Origin: Octopus sinensis
Lineage: Eukaryota
DNA: 64,000 nucleotides
Direction of reading: 5' to 3'
Assembly: GCF_006345805.1 (NCBI RefSeq)
Contig: NC_043007.1
Span: forward strand, 63,984,001 to 64,048,000
Shown here: piece after piece, positions 1-14,196 of the stretch
How the letters are laid out: every line of letters begins with the position of its first letter
Position numbering within the stretch: the first letter of the stretch is position 1
Made by a program: the position numbers and the translations under genes
Notes under the pieces: generated by a model
What the model saw: the letters and a program-made list of their open reading frames with translations, nothing else
What the model was told of the DNA's origin: nothing
The model's database searches: none

Positions 1-1320
1 TTATTGCCTGGAGGACTATGATGAATAAAAGGGGACTGAGGGCTGAGCCTTGGTGTACTCCTACTTCTACCCGGAATTCTTCACTATATTCGTTGCCAAT
101 CCTAACCTTGCTGACAGCCTCTCTGTATAGAGCCTGTACAGCCCTTATTAGCCATTCGTCAATCTCCAGTGTCCGCATCGACCACCAGATAAGGGATCGG
201 GGGACCTTGTCAAAGGCCTTCTCCAAGTCCACAAAAGCTATGTAGAGGGGTTTATCTTTAGCTAGGTACTTCTCCTGCAGTTGTCGGACCAGGAATATAG
301 CATCAGTGGTGCTTCTACCCGGCACAAAACCGAACTGCATCTCATCTAAGCAAATTCTCTCCCTAATGAGATGGGTTATGACCCTCTCTGTGACCTTCAT
401 CACCTGATCCAACAGTTTAATACCCCTGTAGTTATTTCTATCTAGAGCATCACCCTTACCCTTGTAGCAGTTGACTATGGTGCTGCTACGCCACTCATTG
501 GGTATGACTCCATTATGAACTACCTGGTTTACAATGCGGGTGACTAGGCCATAGCCCACATAGCCAGCTGTTTTAAGCATCTCAGCAGTGATTCCTGATG
601 GGCCGGAGGCTTTACCTGGTTTCATATCCTTAATTGCCTTAACTACAAGGGAGCTATCTATTCGGATAGCTGGTCCCTCTACTGGGTCAACATTTTGCAG
701 GCTCTCCTCCTCCCATTCATTCTCCTCATTCAGCAGTCTTTCATAATGGCTTCTCCAAGCCTCTTTCTTTTCACCAACATTAAGAGCAAGTGCCCCATCA
801 TCCATGCGGACACATTTCTCTCCTGTAACATCACTATTTTCTCTCTCACACTGTCTGGCAATCCGAAATACCTCAGCTCTTTGGTCCTCACATCGCTAGA
901 CATTGGAAAACTTCTTTTCTACTACATCTTTGGCTATGTATACCTGCCACCCAGCCTCCCTTTTGGCTACCTGGTACAGTTCCCTGCTACCCCCATCCCT
1001 CCAGGCTTTCCAGGCCTGTCTCTTTGCACTAATGGCTTTGTCTACTGCACTATTCCACCACCACGTAACTCTAGGTCTGGAAGGGACTTTGCACCATCCA
1101 CAGACTTGGTCTGTGGCCCTCAGCAAGCTGTCCCGTAGAAATTCCCAGCTACCTTCTATGTCTGACGTCTGAAGCTCCTCCTCCCTCTCATCAAATTTCT
1201 TGATGAGGATGTCCCTAAATCTCTGACCATGTGATGGGTTCTTTAGCTTCCAAATCCTTCTTTTCTGGATTGGTTTGTTTCTTGGAGTCCTTCTGGCCTC
1301 AAGCTTAAAGTCACTATTAT
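1..1320 (-). mobile_element. RTE-clade LINE ORF2 fragment (end of endonuclease, linker and N-terminal RT domains); 5'-truncated, runs off the window start
   Basis: The minus frame reads RRIWKLK...TWWWNSAVDKAISAKRQAWKAW...KASGPSGITAEMLK...YKGKGDALDRNNYRGIKLL...QFGFVPGRSTTDAIFLVRQLQEKY...FVDLEKAFDKVPR...GVHQGSALSPLLF. It is continuous apart from one TAG at 896-898. Confidence 0.93.
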
Positions 1321-2089
1321 TATGATAATTTAAATTGTTGCAATACATTAGCTCATTTAGATTACTTGTTTATCAATAAGTACTATTCAGCCTTATCTCT
1401 CAGTGGTAGTATCCACTAAATGTTATTCATTAATTAATCACCACACCTGGAAACAAGTACAGCAACCTAAACTGTATTGCTTTCACGCAACAGGTCTCTC
1501 ATATTGAAAGGAGACCAAGTTTATATTAAAATTTGTATTTTTGAGGCACTGCCAGAGTCAAATCTTTGCAGTAGCTGTAAAACTAGGTCTCTACAGACTG
1601 AAAGCATCCATAATGTGAATGTATTTGATAACTGGTATCTGAGAAGTATATATTGCATATTCATCACTGTGGTCATATGTTGGTGTGTGATCTCTAAACA
1701 GGTTACTTTCTCTCATCACTACCATCTATACTCAAACCCATTGTCTTTACTAGATGGTCTGCATGTGTCAACATCCTCTGGACACCTTTATTTGTGCTGT
1801 TATGAATCTAATCAAATCTGATTAGGTAAAATGTCTATTGTGGGTTATAGGTGTAGGTCATCAAAGCAGACCTTACATTAATCATTGATCCAGTCTCTGC
1901 TGATAGAACACAAAGTTTATCTGACTTAACCAGCAATTGTTGGGTATTGTAATTGTTAAGGTGACTGTTTCATCTAAAGATGTTGGCTGAACCTTTAAGA
2001 CAACTGTAAATGCAACGTTAAGCACAAATAAGTACAGTATTGTATATCAGATATTAGGTATCACAGAGGGGATGACAGGATTGAGACTT

Positions 2090-2450
2090 CTGGAAGTTTG
2101 CTGTGCTTGAGAAGTTATGTCAAGCTAAATAAATACATGGTCATCTTTGCATACTGGCATGTCCCCTACATACTTCTTCACTGAGCATTCCTAATCTTGT
2201 GGACTTGTGGGTGTTGGTACCACATAAAAAGCACCCATGTCAGTGCCACATAAACGTGCCTGTGCTGGTGCTGCACAGAAGCACACCTAGTACACCCTGT
2301 AAAGTGGTTGGCCTTAGGAAGGGCATCGAACTGTAGAAACCATGCCAAATCAGACATGGAACCCAGGTAGCTCTCCAGCTGACCAGCTCCTGTCAAACCA
2401 TCCAACTCATGCCAGCATTGAAAACAGACATTAAATGATAATGATGATGG
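2090..2450 (+). mobile_element. Non-autonomous element or fragment carrying the RTE 3' UTR tail
   Basis: aaaaagcaccc...gtggttggccttaggaagggcatc...catccaactcatgccagcattgaaaacagacattaaatgataatgatgatg matches the RTE 3' end at 30280-30497. Confidence 0.75.
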
Positions 2451-4575
2451 TCAATGTAATCCCTAGAATATTATTCTAAGTTAAGCCTTATTCTTTTTCA
2501 AATCACAAGGATCTAATAGAGCCAGTGCTTATCTTTGGTTTACATAACATTATGTCAATTAATATGTTCCCTAGATAAAGCACAGGCTTGTTCCAGATGA
2601 AAAATTAAACTTGATTCTGCAAACAACAAATTCTTTGTCAATAAAATACCATTACTGCTACTTGCAGCAGAGTTTTATGATTGTAATAAGTGATGGAAAT
2701 GGGTTTAAGGAACTAGGAATATGCTAAAGTCTATAAGGCTGAGGTTAGGAAAGATTTGATATTATAAATCTCCTTTCTGTGAGCTGAAAATTTTGGTCAT
2801 GCTAACCCCTCTGAAACCCTTTCACATCCCTTCACATTTCTATCACTGCCTGTGACACTTACATATAGAGTTTGGTGAACATAGTGTTGAGAGATAAGTA
2901 CATATTTGGTATTGTCTTTTAACTAATGACATTCAGAATTAGTTGAATCATTCATGTATTATTAAACAAAATATTTAACTCCAATTTGTCTTTCATTAGG
3001 ATTCTTCCCAGTGTTTTTTTTTCTTTCCTTCTTTTTTGTCTCTTATTTTAAGCCAATTGTGATATAACAAAACATTCCATAACCCTTAATGAGTCATTAG
3101 GTAATCACCAAGCACTTCATTTTTTTTAGTATATCAACCCTAATAAAACCCTTCACTCCAGTCAGTTGACTGTGATTAGAAATTGTAGATATGATGTGTT
3201 AGATGAAATGACTCAACTGAGAATCAAACTTGCAATGTACAATTAACTGACTCGCTAAAGCTTTATCCACCCATCATTGTAGTGTTAACACCAAGTTCTT
3301 TTAACACTCTACAAATGTCAATCTAACACTTTATAAAGTATCATTGTAATTTAATGGATTTTACTTTATGACTCAGGTCAGTCACTATTCTTTAATAGAT
3401 TTGTTATTATTCATTCAAGATGGATTATAATTTCACTCCTTATACAGCAGTGGTTTTTCAACTAATTTATGTAATGTATAAAATAATATTTCTCGACTAG
3501 ACAAATCATCACAAATTAGTTTTGGAGGGGTGCAGTAGATTGAAATGATTTCAGAACATGATTTGGATTTATTTTTATTGATGTTGCAAAGTCAACTCCA
3601 ATGGACTTTGAACGTTTATGTAAACAGGCACAAAATATAATAGCTGACTAAAAAGACTGATTTAAAATTTATATTCAAATATAAAGTAATTTTAAAAACA
3701 GTGTAGAAATTATAAATATGATTATTATAGATGAAAAACTCTGCCTGGATTTGACTGGATATTTCTGAGATGCTGCTTGTAAATAGACAACGTTTTGTAT
3801 TTAAGGTCAGGTAGTTTGGGTGTTTGCCATAGCTTTAATGAAGTCATAGAGCAGAAATTATTGAAAAACCAGTTATAGAGCTTCTAGTTGGTTATTGTGT
3901 TTAAAACTTTAACACAACAGAAGTATTCTATAAATATTATTTTCATTCTTTCCTTCCGTTACTTATTCATTCATTTCTCAGTTTGTTCCCTGTGTTTTCA
4001 GCATAAGATAACACACCATTATACTCTTTCTAGAAATCCTCCATTGCAGTTGATGCGCTTTCTATATGAGATTGATTGACTGCTGTCACTTGACTGCTGT
4101 CACTTGACTGTTGTCAGTGCACTAAAGCACTACAGCACTGCAGATGTCTATATCCTGTCACTGTGCCAGGGAAAAAAACCCACTGCAATCTCAATCTATT
4201 GTACACCAAATATCTGTATGGAACCTTCATCTAAATCAAATTTCGGCATTCTCTCTTTCTAATCACAGTAAAAAACTACTTACCTGTTACAATGTGTACA
4301 TTTGAGTATATGTATTTGTGTGAGTGTATGCTTATACGTGTTTATCTTTGAAAGTTTACCTTTCATGTGTGTCTATATGTAAGTATACATAAACTTATAC
4401 AGACACACATATATGGCAAGCAGTGTATCATAGGTTGTGAGTGCCCATAAATCCAATCTGTAACCCAACTTGGATTTTCAGTCTTTCTTGCTATTGAGAA
4501 GAATATGAAGCTTTCAGCTTCTGTTTCCCCAAGCTTTGAAGCTGATGGAACCAACACACACTAATATATACTATT

Positions 4576-4745
4576 GAGGCATGGTTGTGTGGTGAAGAAG
4601 TTTGCTTCCAAACCATATAGTTTCAGATTCAGTTCCACTGTGTGGCACCTTTGATGAATGTTTTCTAGTATAAATCCATCCTAATCTAAGCCTTGTGAGC
4701 AGATTTGGTAGACATAAACTATAAAAGAAGCCCATTGTGTGTGTG

Positions 4746-4776
<31 letters not shown>

Positions 4777-5030
4777 GCATCTGTGTATTTGTTTATGTCT
4801 GCCACTCTCTTATTTGAAAGTTACAATATTGTACATGATGTTCTGTTTGCATTTCTCCTATCAGCAAATCTGTTTATTTCATGCCTTTAGAATCATGTAG
4901 AATAAAAATTCTCTTATTTGAAAAACAGGTAAGGATTTGCATAGGGAAGGGAATGGGAAAGGGCATCAAGCTGTAAAACAAAGCCCCAATAACATATTCA
5001 TTTAATCTATGCTAGCATGGAAATGAGCAA
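4576..5030 (+). mobile_element. SINE family A (tRNA-like head) with RTE-type tail
   Basis: Head ggcatggttgtgtggtgaagaagtttgcttcc...gattcagttccactgtgtggcacctt, internal (TG)/(TCTG) tract, tail ggaaagggcatc...tgctagcatggaaa. Confidence 0.75.
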
Positions 5031-5950
5031 ATGAATCAAGCAACTGTTCACAGTTATTATTAAATATCAAGTGATTAATTCTATCACACTACTGTTTGAG
5101 ATAAGCATTTATCTTTAAAGATATATGTATCTGTGTATATATAATTAAATCAATTCCATAGTTCTCTACAGGTATCCAAGATCTTCATTGGATGTGAAGC
5201 AAAATTTGAAATGATAATAGATTTAATTACCTATATATTAGTTACAAAGATACATGTGTGTATGCCTATTATTTTTCAGTTCAAATTGTGCTTCACATTC
5301 ACTGATAATCAGCTAAATTACACCAATGGTTATATTCTAGTCTCCTTCTTTCTTTAGAAATTAACCTATTCTTAAATCTATTCTTCCATATGATTACATA
5401 TAATTCTATCTAATGTTTGAAGGTTTATTCCAGATGAAGTGAAATGCTAAAACTTTGATTATGGGACTTATATATGCATGTTACTTCCACTATCTCTTAA
5501 TGAACTGCCCTTGTACAGTTGACCATAATGAATTGGCAACTTTTGTTTATGTTCATGCTTGAAGGTGTTATGGTACATGTTTTTCTTACATATTTATCAT
5601 GATATATATTTTTATGCCTTATAGGTTACATCAAATTCATTTCATGAAAAGAAATGGGACATTCTTATGTAAACCTAATTATTGTGAAATAAGAGAGAGA
5701 TTCTTTGTTGCCATTCAAACAGCTAAGAACAGCAACTAGACCTCCCTTCAATCACACCTTGCCATCTTTTTGAAAATAGACACATCAGATTATGTAGCCC
5801 TAGATACACCATGTCTTGTAAAAAAAAAAGACCAGAATGTTTTACAATAAGAACCCTTTTGATCAAAGGTTTGCAACATCAGGACTAACTTTGTGTTAAA
5901 CAATAACAACACACTTTTCTCTTATGTTTTACTATAAATTTTTGCATTAT

Positions 5951-6183
5951 TTAACCCTTTTGTTACCATATTTCTGTTGAAATACACTCACTTTATTTCC
6001 ATTAATTTGAATAATAAAGAATTTAGTAAAATAACTTTACTAAATTATTATTATTAAGCTGATGTTTGAAACATAAATTAACATGAAATTTTCACAGGAA
6101 ATTTTAACCAACTCACCCAAGGCAGGAAATTTGTACCAGCCCACCCAAGGCAGTCTCGGGTGAGTTGGTATCAGAAAGATGAA
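5951..6183. mobile_element. Degenerate piggyBac-type MITE
   Basis: Left end ttaa-cccttttgttacc; eroded right end ggtatcagaaagatgaa. Confidence 0.45.
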
Positions 6184-7223
6184 TTACCTACTTTCATGTT
6201 CTGAGTTCAGATTGCATCAAACTAACTTTGCTTTTTATGTTTCTGAGGTCAATAAAATAAGTGCTAATCATATACTGGAGTAAGTTCAATTGACTGTATC
6301 CTTTCCATGAAATTTGTGTCTTTGTGCTAATATAAGAAATCATTATAACATCTTTTGGCTACTAAAGATACCACATCTAAGCAATAACTATGCCTCTCCA
6401 AGTTGTTATTCTGCTTTCTTGATGTTGGGGCTGACAATGTCCACAAAATGTAAATGTACTCTTTACGGGGTATATTAATTTGTAGTCTTTCAAGATTATG
6501 CAATCTTTTCTTTGTAGGGATTCTACACAGTCATTAATGTTCACTTTTAGCACTGTTTACTGTGATTTCATGTGGATTTTATTGTATTTTAATTCCAGGT
6601 CAACTTTGACTGAGTAAACATATGATCAAAAGTATTCCAGTCACAACTACTTATCTTTCTCTTGGGTACTAAGTAGTGGACTACATTATCCAGTATACCC
6701 CTCCCAATTCATGTCAGCAGAGTGTACTTTCAGAAAAAAGTTAGCTGCTATTTCTAGCAGGTTGCGTGACTACATCAAAACTCCTACATTGGCTACTTTG
6801 GATTTCATTGTATATTTTACCACTAGATTTTTGCAATGTTTTGCAACGTGAATATTTTTTTAGTATATTTCCTTTTTAAAATTTATTTTTTTGTGCGTCA
6901 GATATTATGTAAGCATTTTTGGATTTTGATCTGCATTTGATGTCATTTTGTTTCTGGAATTCATTTCTGGATGGCCTAAATTTTATATTTTTGTCATTGT
7001 TAGCAAATTTGTTTTGAAATGTTCTGACTCTTTGCATTGAAAGTAGAGTATTCAGTAAGCTTGTCAGAGTGACCTTTATACATAGACGTAAGCTTTGCAT
7101 CAAATATGATTTAGAACTGACATAAGCAACTTTTTTTCTTTTTTCTGAGAAGTGGGCCACACAAGACATGGCTCATAATCTTGCAAGCCACATTACTAAA
7201 GTTCAGGATAATTTTTCATTGTG

Positions 7224-7400
7224 AAAGTGTGTGGCTTAGTGGTTAGAGTGTTGCAGTCATGATTAGGAGGTTGTAGATTTGATTCCCAGACCAGCTGTGT
7301 GTTGTTCTTGGGTAAGACACTTCATTTCACATTGCTCTAGTCCACTCAGCTGTAAATTGGTAACCTTATGACAAATTGGCATGCAAGGATGAGATGGTGA
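7224..7400 (+). mobile_element. SINE family C (tRNA-like head with CORE-like central block)
   Basis: gtgtggcttagtggttagagtg (A-box-like), gatttgattccc (B-box-like), then ttcttgggtaagacacttcatttcacattgctctagtccactcagctg, shared with 24368-24605. Confidence 0.65.
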
Positions 7401-8104
7401 CTCAGAAAATCACTCAAATGGAGATCCCATTAGCCACATTTTCTATTCAGTGATCAAAAGGATGGCTAGTACAACTCATACTATGAACTCCAACTTGTTA
7501 GGATTGGTTGTTCAATCATGTTGAAGATTGATCTGATGATTCAATAGGTGGTATACCATTCAGAAAGTCTTGTGGGCTGCAGATGGCCTATAGGTTGCTA
7601 GATGCCTGTGACTGCTTTACAACATATCCCACTTTCTATGTTAGGTGAGTAAAGCAGAACTTCTGTGAGATATCAATTTGTCTTTTTTGTTGTTTGTTAC
7701 TTAATATCAAGTTTCTATTTATTTTCTTCAAAATCTTTTTTTGTAAACTACCACATCCTCAAAGGGATGAAGACTACTTGACAGTGATGATGTTATTGGC
7801 AAAGACATTCAAATCTTATGGAGGACAGAGATTCTTGATATGACATTGTGAAATGCATCTTGACTGCTGTTGCTTGAAGAAGAATATTTATTTTGTATAG
7901 CATTTTGTGAACAATAGCATCTTTAGATAAAGGTTTCCAAAGAGCCAATTACTAGTTTAGGCTTTTATGATGGCAAGAGGGACAAGGGAGTACTGAAGCA
8001 GAATCAATAGTACAGGGTATTTTTGTTTCAAGGCACCAGTATATCAGATTTTTTCATCAGTGTTTACATCTTTTGTTGGTGAAAAATACATGCACGCGCA
8101 TACT

Positions 8105-8148
8105 CACTCACACACACACACACATGCACACACACACACACACACACA

Positions 8149-8207
<59 letters not shown>

Positions 8208-8222
8208 ACAACAACAACAACA
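8105..8222. repeat. (CA)n/(CAA)n microsatellite
   Basis: Seen directly. Confidence 0.97.
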
Positions 8223-8799
8223 TTTCTGCATGGTAAACATGCATCAAGTTCCATCCTCAATGCATTGGTCATCATGAGGCCATAGTGGATGACATTTGTC
8301 CAAGTTGCTCTGCTATGGGATTGAACCTGGAACCATGTGGTTACAAAGTAAACTGAACTGCACAACCATATATGTAACCACTGTGTGCCATTGTTTTGTT
8401 TACTGTAATTGCTAGACTTGTTCTTGAAGTGGCAGAGATTGAATTTTGAATTTACCTTTCATTAATTTTCTCAGCTTCATTCTTGATCTCCCTACCAGTA
8501 AATGGCAGTCAAATAAGTAATTCAGTAGGCAGCTAACATATATATAATAAAAAACAACTTCCATTCACTTACTAAACGTAATTAAGAAGTTAGCTAAAAA
8601 CTTAAACAAAGCAATTACACATTGCAATCAATTCTGTTTAGATGCCCAAAGTTTGAAAGGTTTTTAAAAATACAGATATTAAGAAAACAAATGTCGTCTG
8701 CTTTTCTGGATCCAATCTAAAAATACTGAGGTCTTATACTAAATATATGAAATCAAGCATTTGAAATAAAACTTCTTGATTCTAACTCTGCAGACACGA

Positions 8800-10330
8800 T
8801 ATTGCAGGTTATTTGAGAAACTAAAACTAATGACTGCCCCTTGATGATAAACGCTTGCAGAAATTTAGCAAAATACAATAAGCAGGATACACATTATATC
8901 AGGGAAGAAGAGAATACCTTTGCTGCTTATTGTTTTTAAATCAAAATTAACAAAATGAAGTTGTCCAAATACATATTTCTGTGAAATTAATTGCTTTTCA
9001 GTAAACTGATTGGTAATCAATAATACAGGGCCATATATTGAATGATAAAGAAGGTGCAGCCATTGCTTAACTGAACAGTTTAACCATGTAATGCAACCCT
9101 ACAACTTAAATAAAAAGCAAGGGTTGGTGTCAAAGAGAAAACATCAAAACAAACACATCTTAAAGAATTTCAGAGCTTAACTGTCCATTTGATAATTATT
9201 TAGCTATGTAAATAAAACGTTCCAACTGCAAACAAATGATCACAGATTATGTAAGAAGTTTTGAATTGTGTAAAGGACATGAGTGTTAGGCCAGAATGCA
9301 TGTTAGGACAGCCATCATAACAATTTAGGTAGATGCGTTGTTCATAACAGTTCATCTAAACTCATGTTACACACAAAAAGCCATTTCTAATTTTTTGTTA
9401 TGGCTTAAGTCAAAGACAGTAGGGCAGCTCTTAGGACTTTTGCTGGACTGGTGAAACTGGTGGAGGAAAGAAGGGAAGTGGTCACTGCTTTAATTCTGTA
9501 AATAACCCAATTAGAAGTAGGTGATCACAGATGGATTTGCTAGTACATGGGGAAGCTTCCTGAGGCATTACTTACTGAGCTGGACTTCTGTTATATCTTG
9601 TAGCAGTCATCTGCTGGAGAAATCATTCACACCAGTACCTTCTAAAGAACAGTACCACTTTGCAATAAATGTGCTATAGAAAATGGTGTAACAAAATATT
9701 GTTATCCTCTGATGAGAACCTGGTTCTAATGCTTGCATTAGAGCAGACCCTGCTAAAGGCATCCAAGGAATAAACGGTGGTATTAGACCACATGACAGAT
9801 TAAGTCTCCAAAGTGCATGTGAACTAATAAAACTTTATATTTTACCAATAAAACCAGTTTTGCCCACTACTAGTTTCCCTAGATGCTTTTTATTTTACCT
9901 TATGTATATCTTGTGTGTGTGTCTTTTTCCTCTTGCAAGGTTGAACATATATGTTCATGTAACTCCTTGTATTGATGTTTTATGACAGACATTCCCTAGG
10001 CATCAACAAAAATGAGCTCATATGTATGTACTGGAAGACTTTCAAAGTGAAAACTATAGTTAGCTCCTAGAAACTCTTGGCTTGACAGTGTTATGAAGGA
10101 GCACTACTGGTTTGTGATCGACTCTACAAGTGCAGAAGTACCATCAGATAGACCTATCAGAGATGCATGCAAGGTAACAAAACCAAACTACAAATACTTG
10201 TTGAGCATACTGACTTGTTGAACAGCTGTTATTGCATGTAGGATGAATCCATCTATCAACCAAATCCATTGTGAAGATCACCTTGCTACCTTTTTTTAAC
10301 TGGAAGGGCAGTTAGCTTTCCTCTGTCAAT
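8800..10330 (+). mobile_element. Possible highly decayed Ty3/Gypsy pol relic
   Basis: Frameshifted motif remnants occur in the expected order. DKRLQKFSKIQ*AGYTL (about 8845) resembles the RT region, HSLGINK..YW (about 9990) the integrase Zn-finger region, YWFVIDS..EV (about 10105) resembles VVDSYSKWPEV, and RSPCYLFLTGR (about 10275) resembles SPAELLMGR. Confidence 0.35.
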
Positions 10331-12789
10331 AGAGACTGTGTGCTGGATGAGGCTGAAAGGACTGAAGACTGACTCTTTCATCTTCAGTCAAGTTATCAAC
10401 TTTTCCAGTTTCATTTGTAAAAGAAAGTGAAGATGGAGAGGGTGGTGCTTATCTCCAATGAAATTGTAAGAATGAATAGGTCTACTTTCAGTATGTAAGT
10501 TAAGGACTGATACTTGGGAGAGAGTGCTTTCCCTTGGTGGTCTGGGTGATCCTGATTCTGTGGGGTTCCTTAATTAGCCTTTGCCGGAAATCCTCTTGTA
10601 TCATTAATTACTTGTATGTAATGCATGTTTTTTATCACATTTGGTAGGTGGGGTTCTGTGTAAACTCCCATGTTGTATTACCTGTCTTTATAATGTCCTG
10701 TAATAAAAGAAATTATTATTATTGTTGTTGTTGGGGTTTCATTTCTCAATCTAATTGTTCAAATACCCTATTCACATACCTCATAGAAGAAAAATTATTG
10801 GTTTGGGGCTATAAAGCTCAAAAGTCTTTTAAATTCATTACAGAAAGTCATATTTGAGTGCCTGGCAGCACACTAAATTCTACTAGCTAGAGTTTGCCAA
10901 GATGATCTGGTAAATATTTCATTTACCAAGTCATCTGGGAATATAACGTGCAATAGGTTAGTATTCAATCCAGTGAGGTATATTGTCTCTTTTATACTTA
11001 ATGCCATTGAACTGCACTCAGCCTCTTTAAAGCCCCCCAAGGCTTAGCAGAGATTTACATTTTAGATTTACTCACATTGTGGCTCCTTCCTCCTCTTTCA
11101 CCCTCATCCAATCCCTCAATTGTTAGAAATACAGTCTGATGTCGCTGAACTGTTCCTTTTAGAACAGCTGTAGCATCCATTTATAGATTGTGTGTGTGCA
11201 TAAGTATGACTCCAGATTTTCCTTCATATCTGTTCTCAGCTGCAGAATTTCTATCAATCAACCGGTAAAGATTGCAAGTAATGTACTAGAAACTAATTTT
11301 GAGATGAGATGCTGTTATTTGTTACTTGATGGTGGTCAGCTCAGCAATAGGAAGGTGATGACATTTTAGTATTGATTCTTCATCACTTACATTATTATTC
11401 CCTCCTCGTAGTTTTTATCATGATTATTTTCATTGGCATAATTATTAATAATAGCAGACCCCCACCTTCCAGATTGGTGGATTTGATATGGTTAATGTTT
11501 AACTTGAACAAATGTGGTGGTGATGGGGCTAATAGGAGAGGTATTCTCCTTTCTCAATCATTTTATTGTTGAATGGTCACCTCAAATATCATATGTAAAA
11601 TAGCCAGATGAATACAGCTTTTGGTTAGTGACCCATGGATATTATATACAGATCACACTGCAAGCATTTTTTTTTAATGCTTCACTTTTTGCCCAATAAG
11701 ATTTCTGTTACGGAGTTATACTTATTTCTGTATGCCTCCGTCGATTTAACTAAAGAAAGAGATCCAATCTTGTTTTATTTTTATTTTTTGATATTTTTTC
11801 ATTCTTAAGAATGTTGTCTGTTATTTATTAGCATACTATCTTGAGAGAAATTTATCTCTCATGTATTTAATACTGCAGAATTTGGAGGTAAGTTTCAACC
11901 TTGTCATTTGTGTAGTGGTTATCTTATCTCTCATATAAGTTTGATCTTAGTGGCTCAGGCTATGTTTAGTTTAGTAGCACTATATATTTTTGTTGTGTTT
12001 TCATTCTTAACTACGAATCCAGTATATTGGGAACTAACTTAGTGACCAAAGTATCAGTAGTGTTGTTCACTAACTGTTTTGTTTGTTTGTTTTTTATTGC
12101 CAAAGACACAGTTCCCAGTTAGCTAATTCAGCCGTCTGTAAATAGATATAGTTGATGTAAGAAGTCATTTATATAAACATATCTGAAATATCTTCTAAGC
12201 TCCAAGGAGCTCTAATAAGCTACTGCTTAGTTCTGGTTTCATGGCATGAAGCAAATCAAAAAGATAACTCTTCTCTAGACACCAATCTACTGATTAGACG
12301 CACCCAATAAATTCAGCACACCAGATATGTTATGGGACCCTGCTGCACACTCCATGCACTGTTTAACTGTGTAGTATTAGTCTGGTTATACTATATGATA
12401 TGTAGGGTGGTTGTCAGTGTATATTTTCTCTAGTTTACTGTACAACCTGTTTTTATGTTCAAAATCTGGCTAGCATTGCAACAGACTCAGACAACGGGAA
12501 GTTTAAGATATAGGTACAAGTTGAAAAGAGTGTTTGATAGAAGAAGTCTTTAAAATATTCAGTTTGTGAAATTACAGATTCTACGTCAGTTGTCATTATA
12601 TGATTCTTAAGTTTGGTAACAAAGAGACAGTTTGCCAATTCACAATTGTGTGTTGTTTTTTAAATAGATGTTTAATATTTTGTTTACAAGTGAGTAGCAT
12701 GGATTGGAATCAAAAGCTTTACTGATGTTAACAGTGGTTAAAATGAGTGTATATGGTGCTTTTTGTAATAATTATTTAATATTGTATAT

Positions 12790-13213
12790 TGGTTTCAAAT
12801 TTTAGCATGAGGCCAGCAATTTTGGGAGAGGAGATAAATCGATTACATCAACCCTAATGCTCAACTAGTACTTATTTTATTGACCCTGGGATGATGAAAG
12901 GCAAAGTTGAACTCAATACATAAAGACAGATAAAATGCCACTAAGCATTTTGCCCAGCATGCTAATGATTCTGCTAGCTTGCCACCTTATTTAATATTGT
13001 ATATTCTTTTCTACTCAAGGCCTGAAATCTTTGGGGAATGGGCCAGTCGATTAGATTGACCCCAGTATGCAACTGGTACTTAATTTACCAACCCCAAAAG
13101 GATGAAAGGCAAAGTCGACGTCAGCGGAATTTGAATTCAGAACATAAAGACAGACGAAATACCTCTAAGCATTTCATCCGGCATTCTAACATTTCTGCCA
13201 GCTCGCCACCTTA
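12790..13213 (-). mobile_element. Two tandem SINE family B copies
   Basis: Each reads on minus aaggtggc(a/g)agct(a/g)gcagaa...gactttgcctttcatc...agtac(c/t)agttg. They are separated and flanked by tatttaatattgtatatt. Confidence 0.85.
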
Positions 13214-13334
13214 TTTAATATTGTATATTGACTACATACACGATGGCTCAGTAAACACTGATAATATACTAAAGTCATTTTAATTCAATGTACCCCATGT
13301 GTTATATCTAGTTAAAAAAAAAAAATTATAAACC

Positions 13335-13730
13335 TAGGTGCAGGTATGATTTTTGTGGTTAAGAAGTTCACTTTCAAACCATATGGTTTTGGGTTCAGGT
13401 CCATCATGCAGCACTTCGGGCAAGTGTTTCCTACTAGCTCTGGACCAGCAAATACTTTGTGAGTGAATTGGTAGAGAGAAATTGTGTAGAAGTCCATTGT
13501 ATATATATGTGTGCGTTTTTGTATTTGTCCCCACACCACCACCAGCACTAGACACCTGGTATTGATCTGTTTATGTCCCTATAACTTAGTGGTTCAACAA
13601 ATGAGACCAATAGAATATAAGTGCCTGGCTTAAAAGTAAGTACTGGAGTTGATTTGTTTGGCTAAACTCTTCAAGGCAATACCCTAGTATAGCCACATAC
13701 CAATCACTGAAACAAATAAAAGAATAAAAA
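13335..13730 (+). mobile_element. SINE family A, full length, non-RTE tail
   Basis: Head ggtgcaggtatg...gtggttaagaag; tail aagtactggagttgatttgtttggctaa...ctgaaacaaataaaagaataaaa. Confidence 0.8.
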
Positions 13731-14196
13731 ATAGCCCTTTACAACCAAGCCATTATTATTTTTATTCAGTTGTCTAAATCCCTAATTTTCAGCCAAGTAT
13801 TATGAGCCACAAGAAAGAACATTGTATGATGCTAACCTGTGGATTGTATGATGTTTATGGGTTGATTATTGAGTACTATACACTTATTAGCAGCACATTC
13901 ATAGTGATCTCAGTCTGCAATACAGTTTTATTTTCTGCCTCATTTCACTTCACTTATGTTACTAATGTCTTTTGGAAAGAAACAACTTCTATTAGCTGCA
14001 TATTTTAAGTTAATTAGGATAACATGTGAATAAATACTTACAATTAAGGTAAGAAAAATTAATTTTAAAAAAGTGGATATTTGATAACTACTTGTATTTA
14101 TCATACTTACATTAGATGAGTTTTGATTGATTAAATCTCTATGTTTTTTTCTTCTTTATTGTAAAGAATTTCTTTAATTTTTTTTTTCCTAAACAG

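Noticed and set aside
695-1138. 147-aa + strand ORF and neighbouring + ORFs
   Set aside because: Antisense shadows of the RTE ORF2 on the minus strand.
6876-7169. 97-aa minus-strand ORF
   Set aside because: No recognisable motif or splice context; length compatible with chance.
11870-11893. Strong donor ttggag|gtaagt as a candidate upstream XRCC3 exon end
   Set aside because: The phase-1 frame has a stop about 13 codons upstream and shows no XRCC3 similarity.
14018-14054. Donor-like ttaag|gtaaga just upstream of the exon
   Set aside because: The required frame ends in TAA and has no similarity to RAD51-family sequence.
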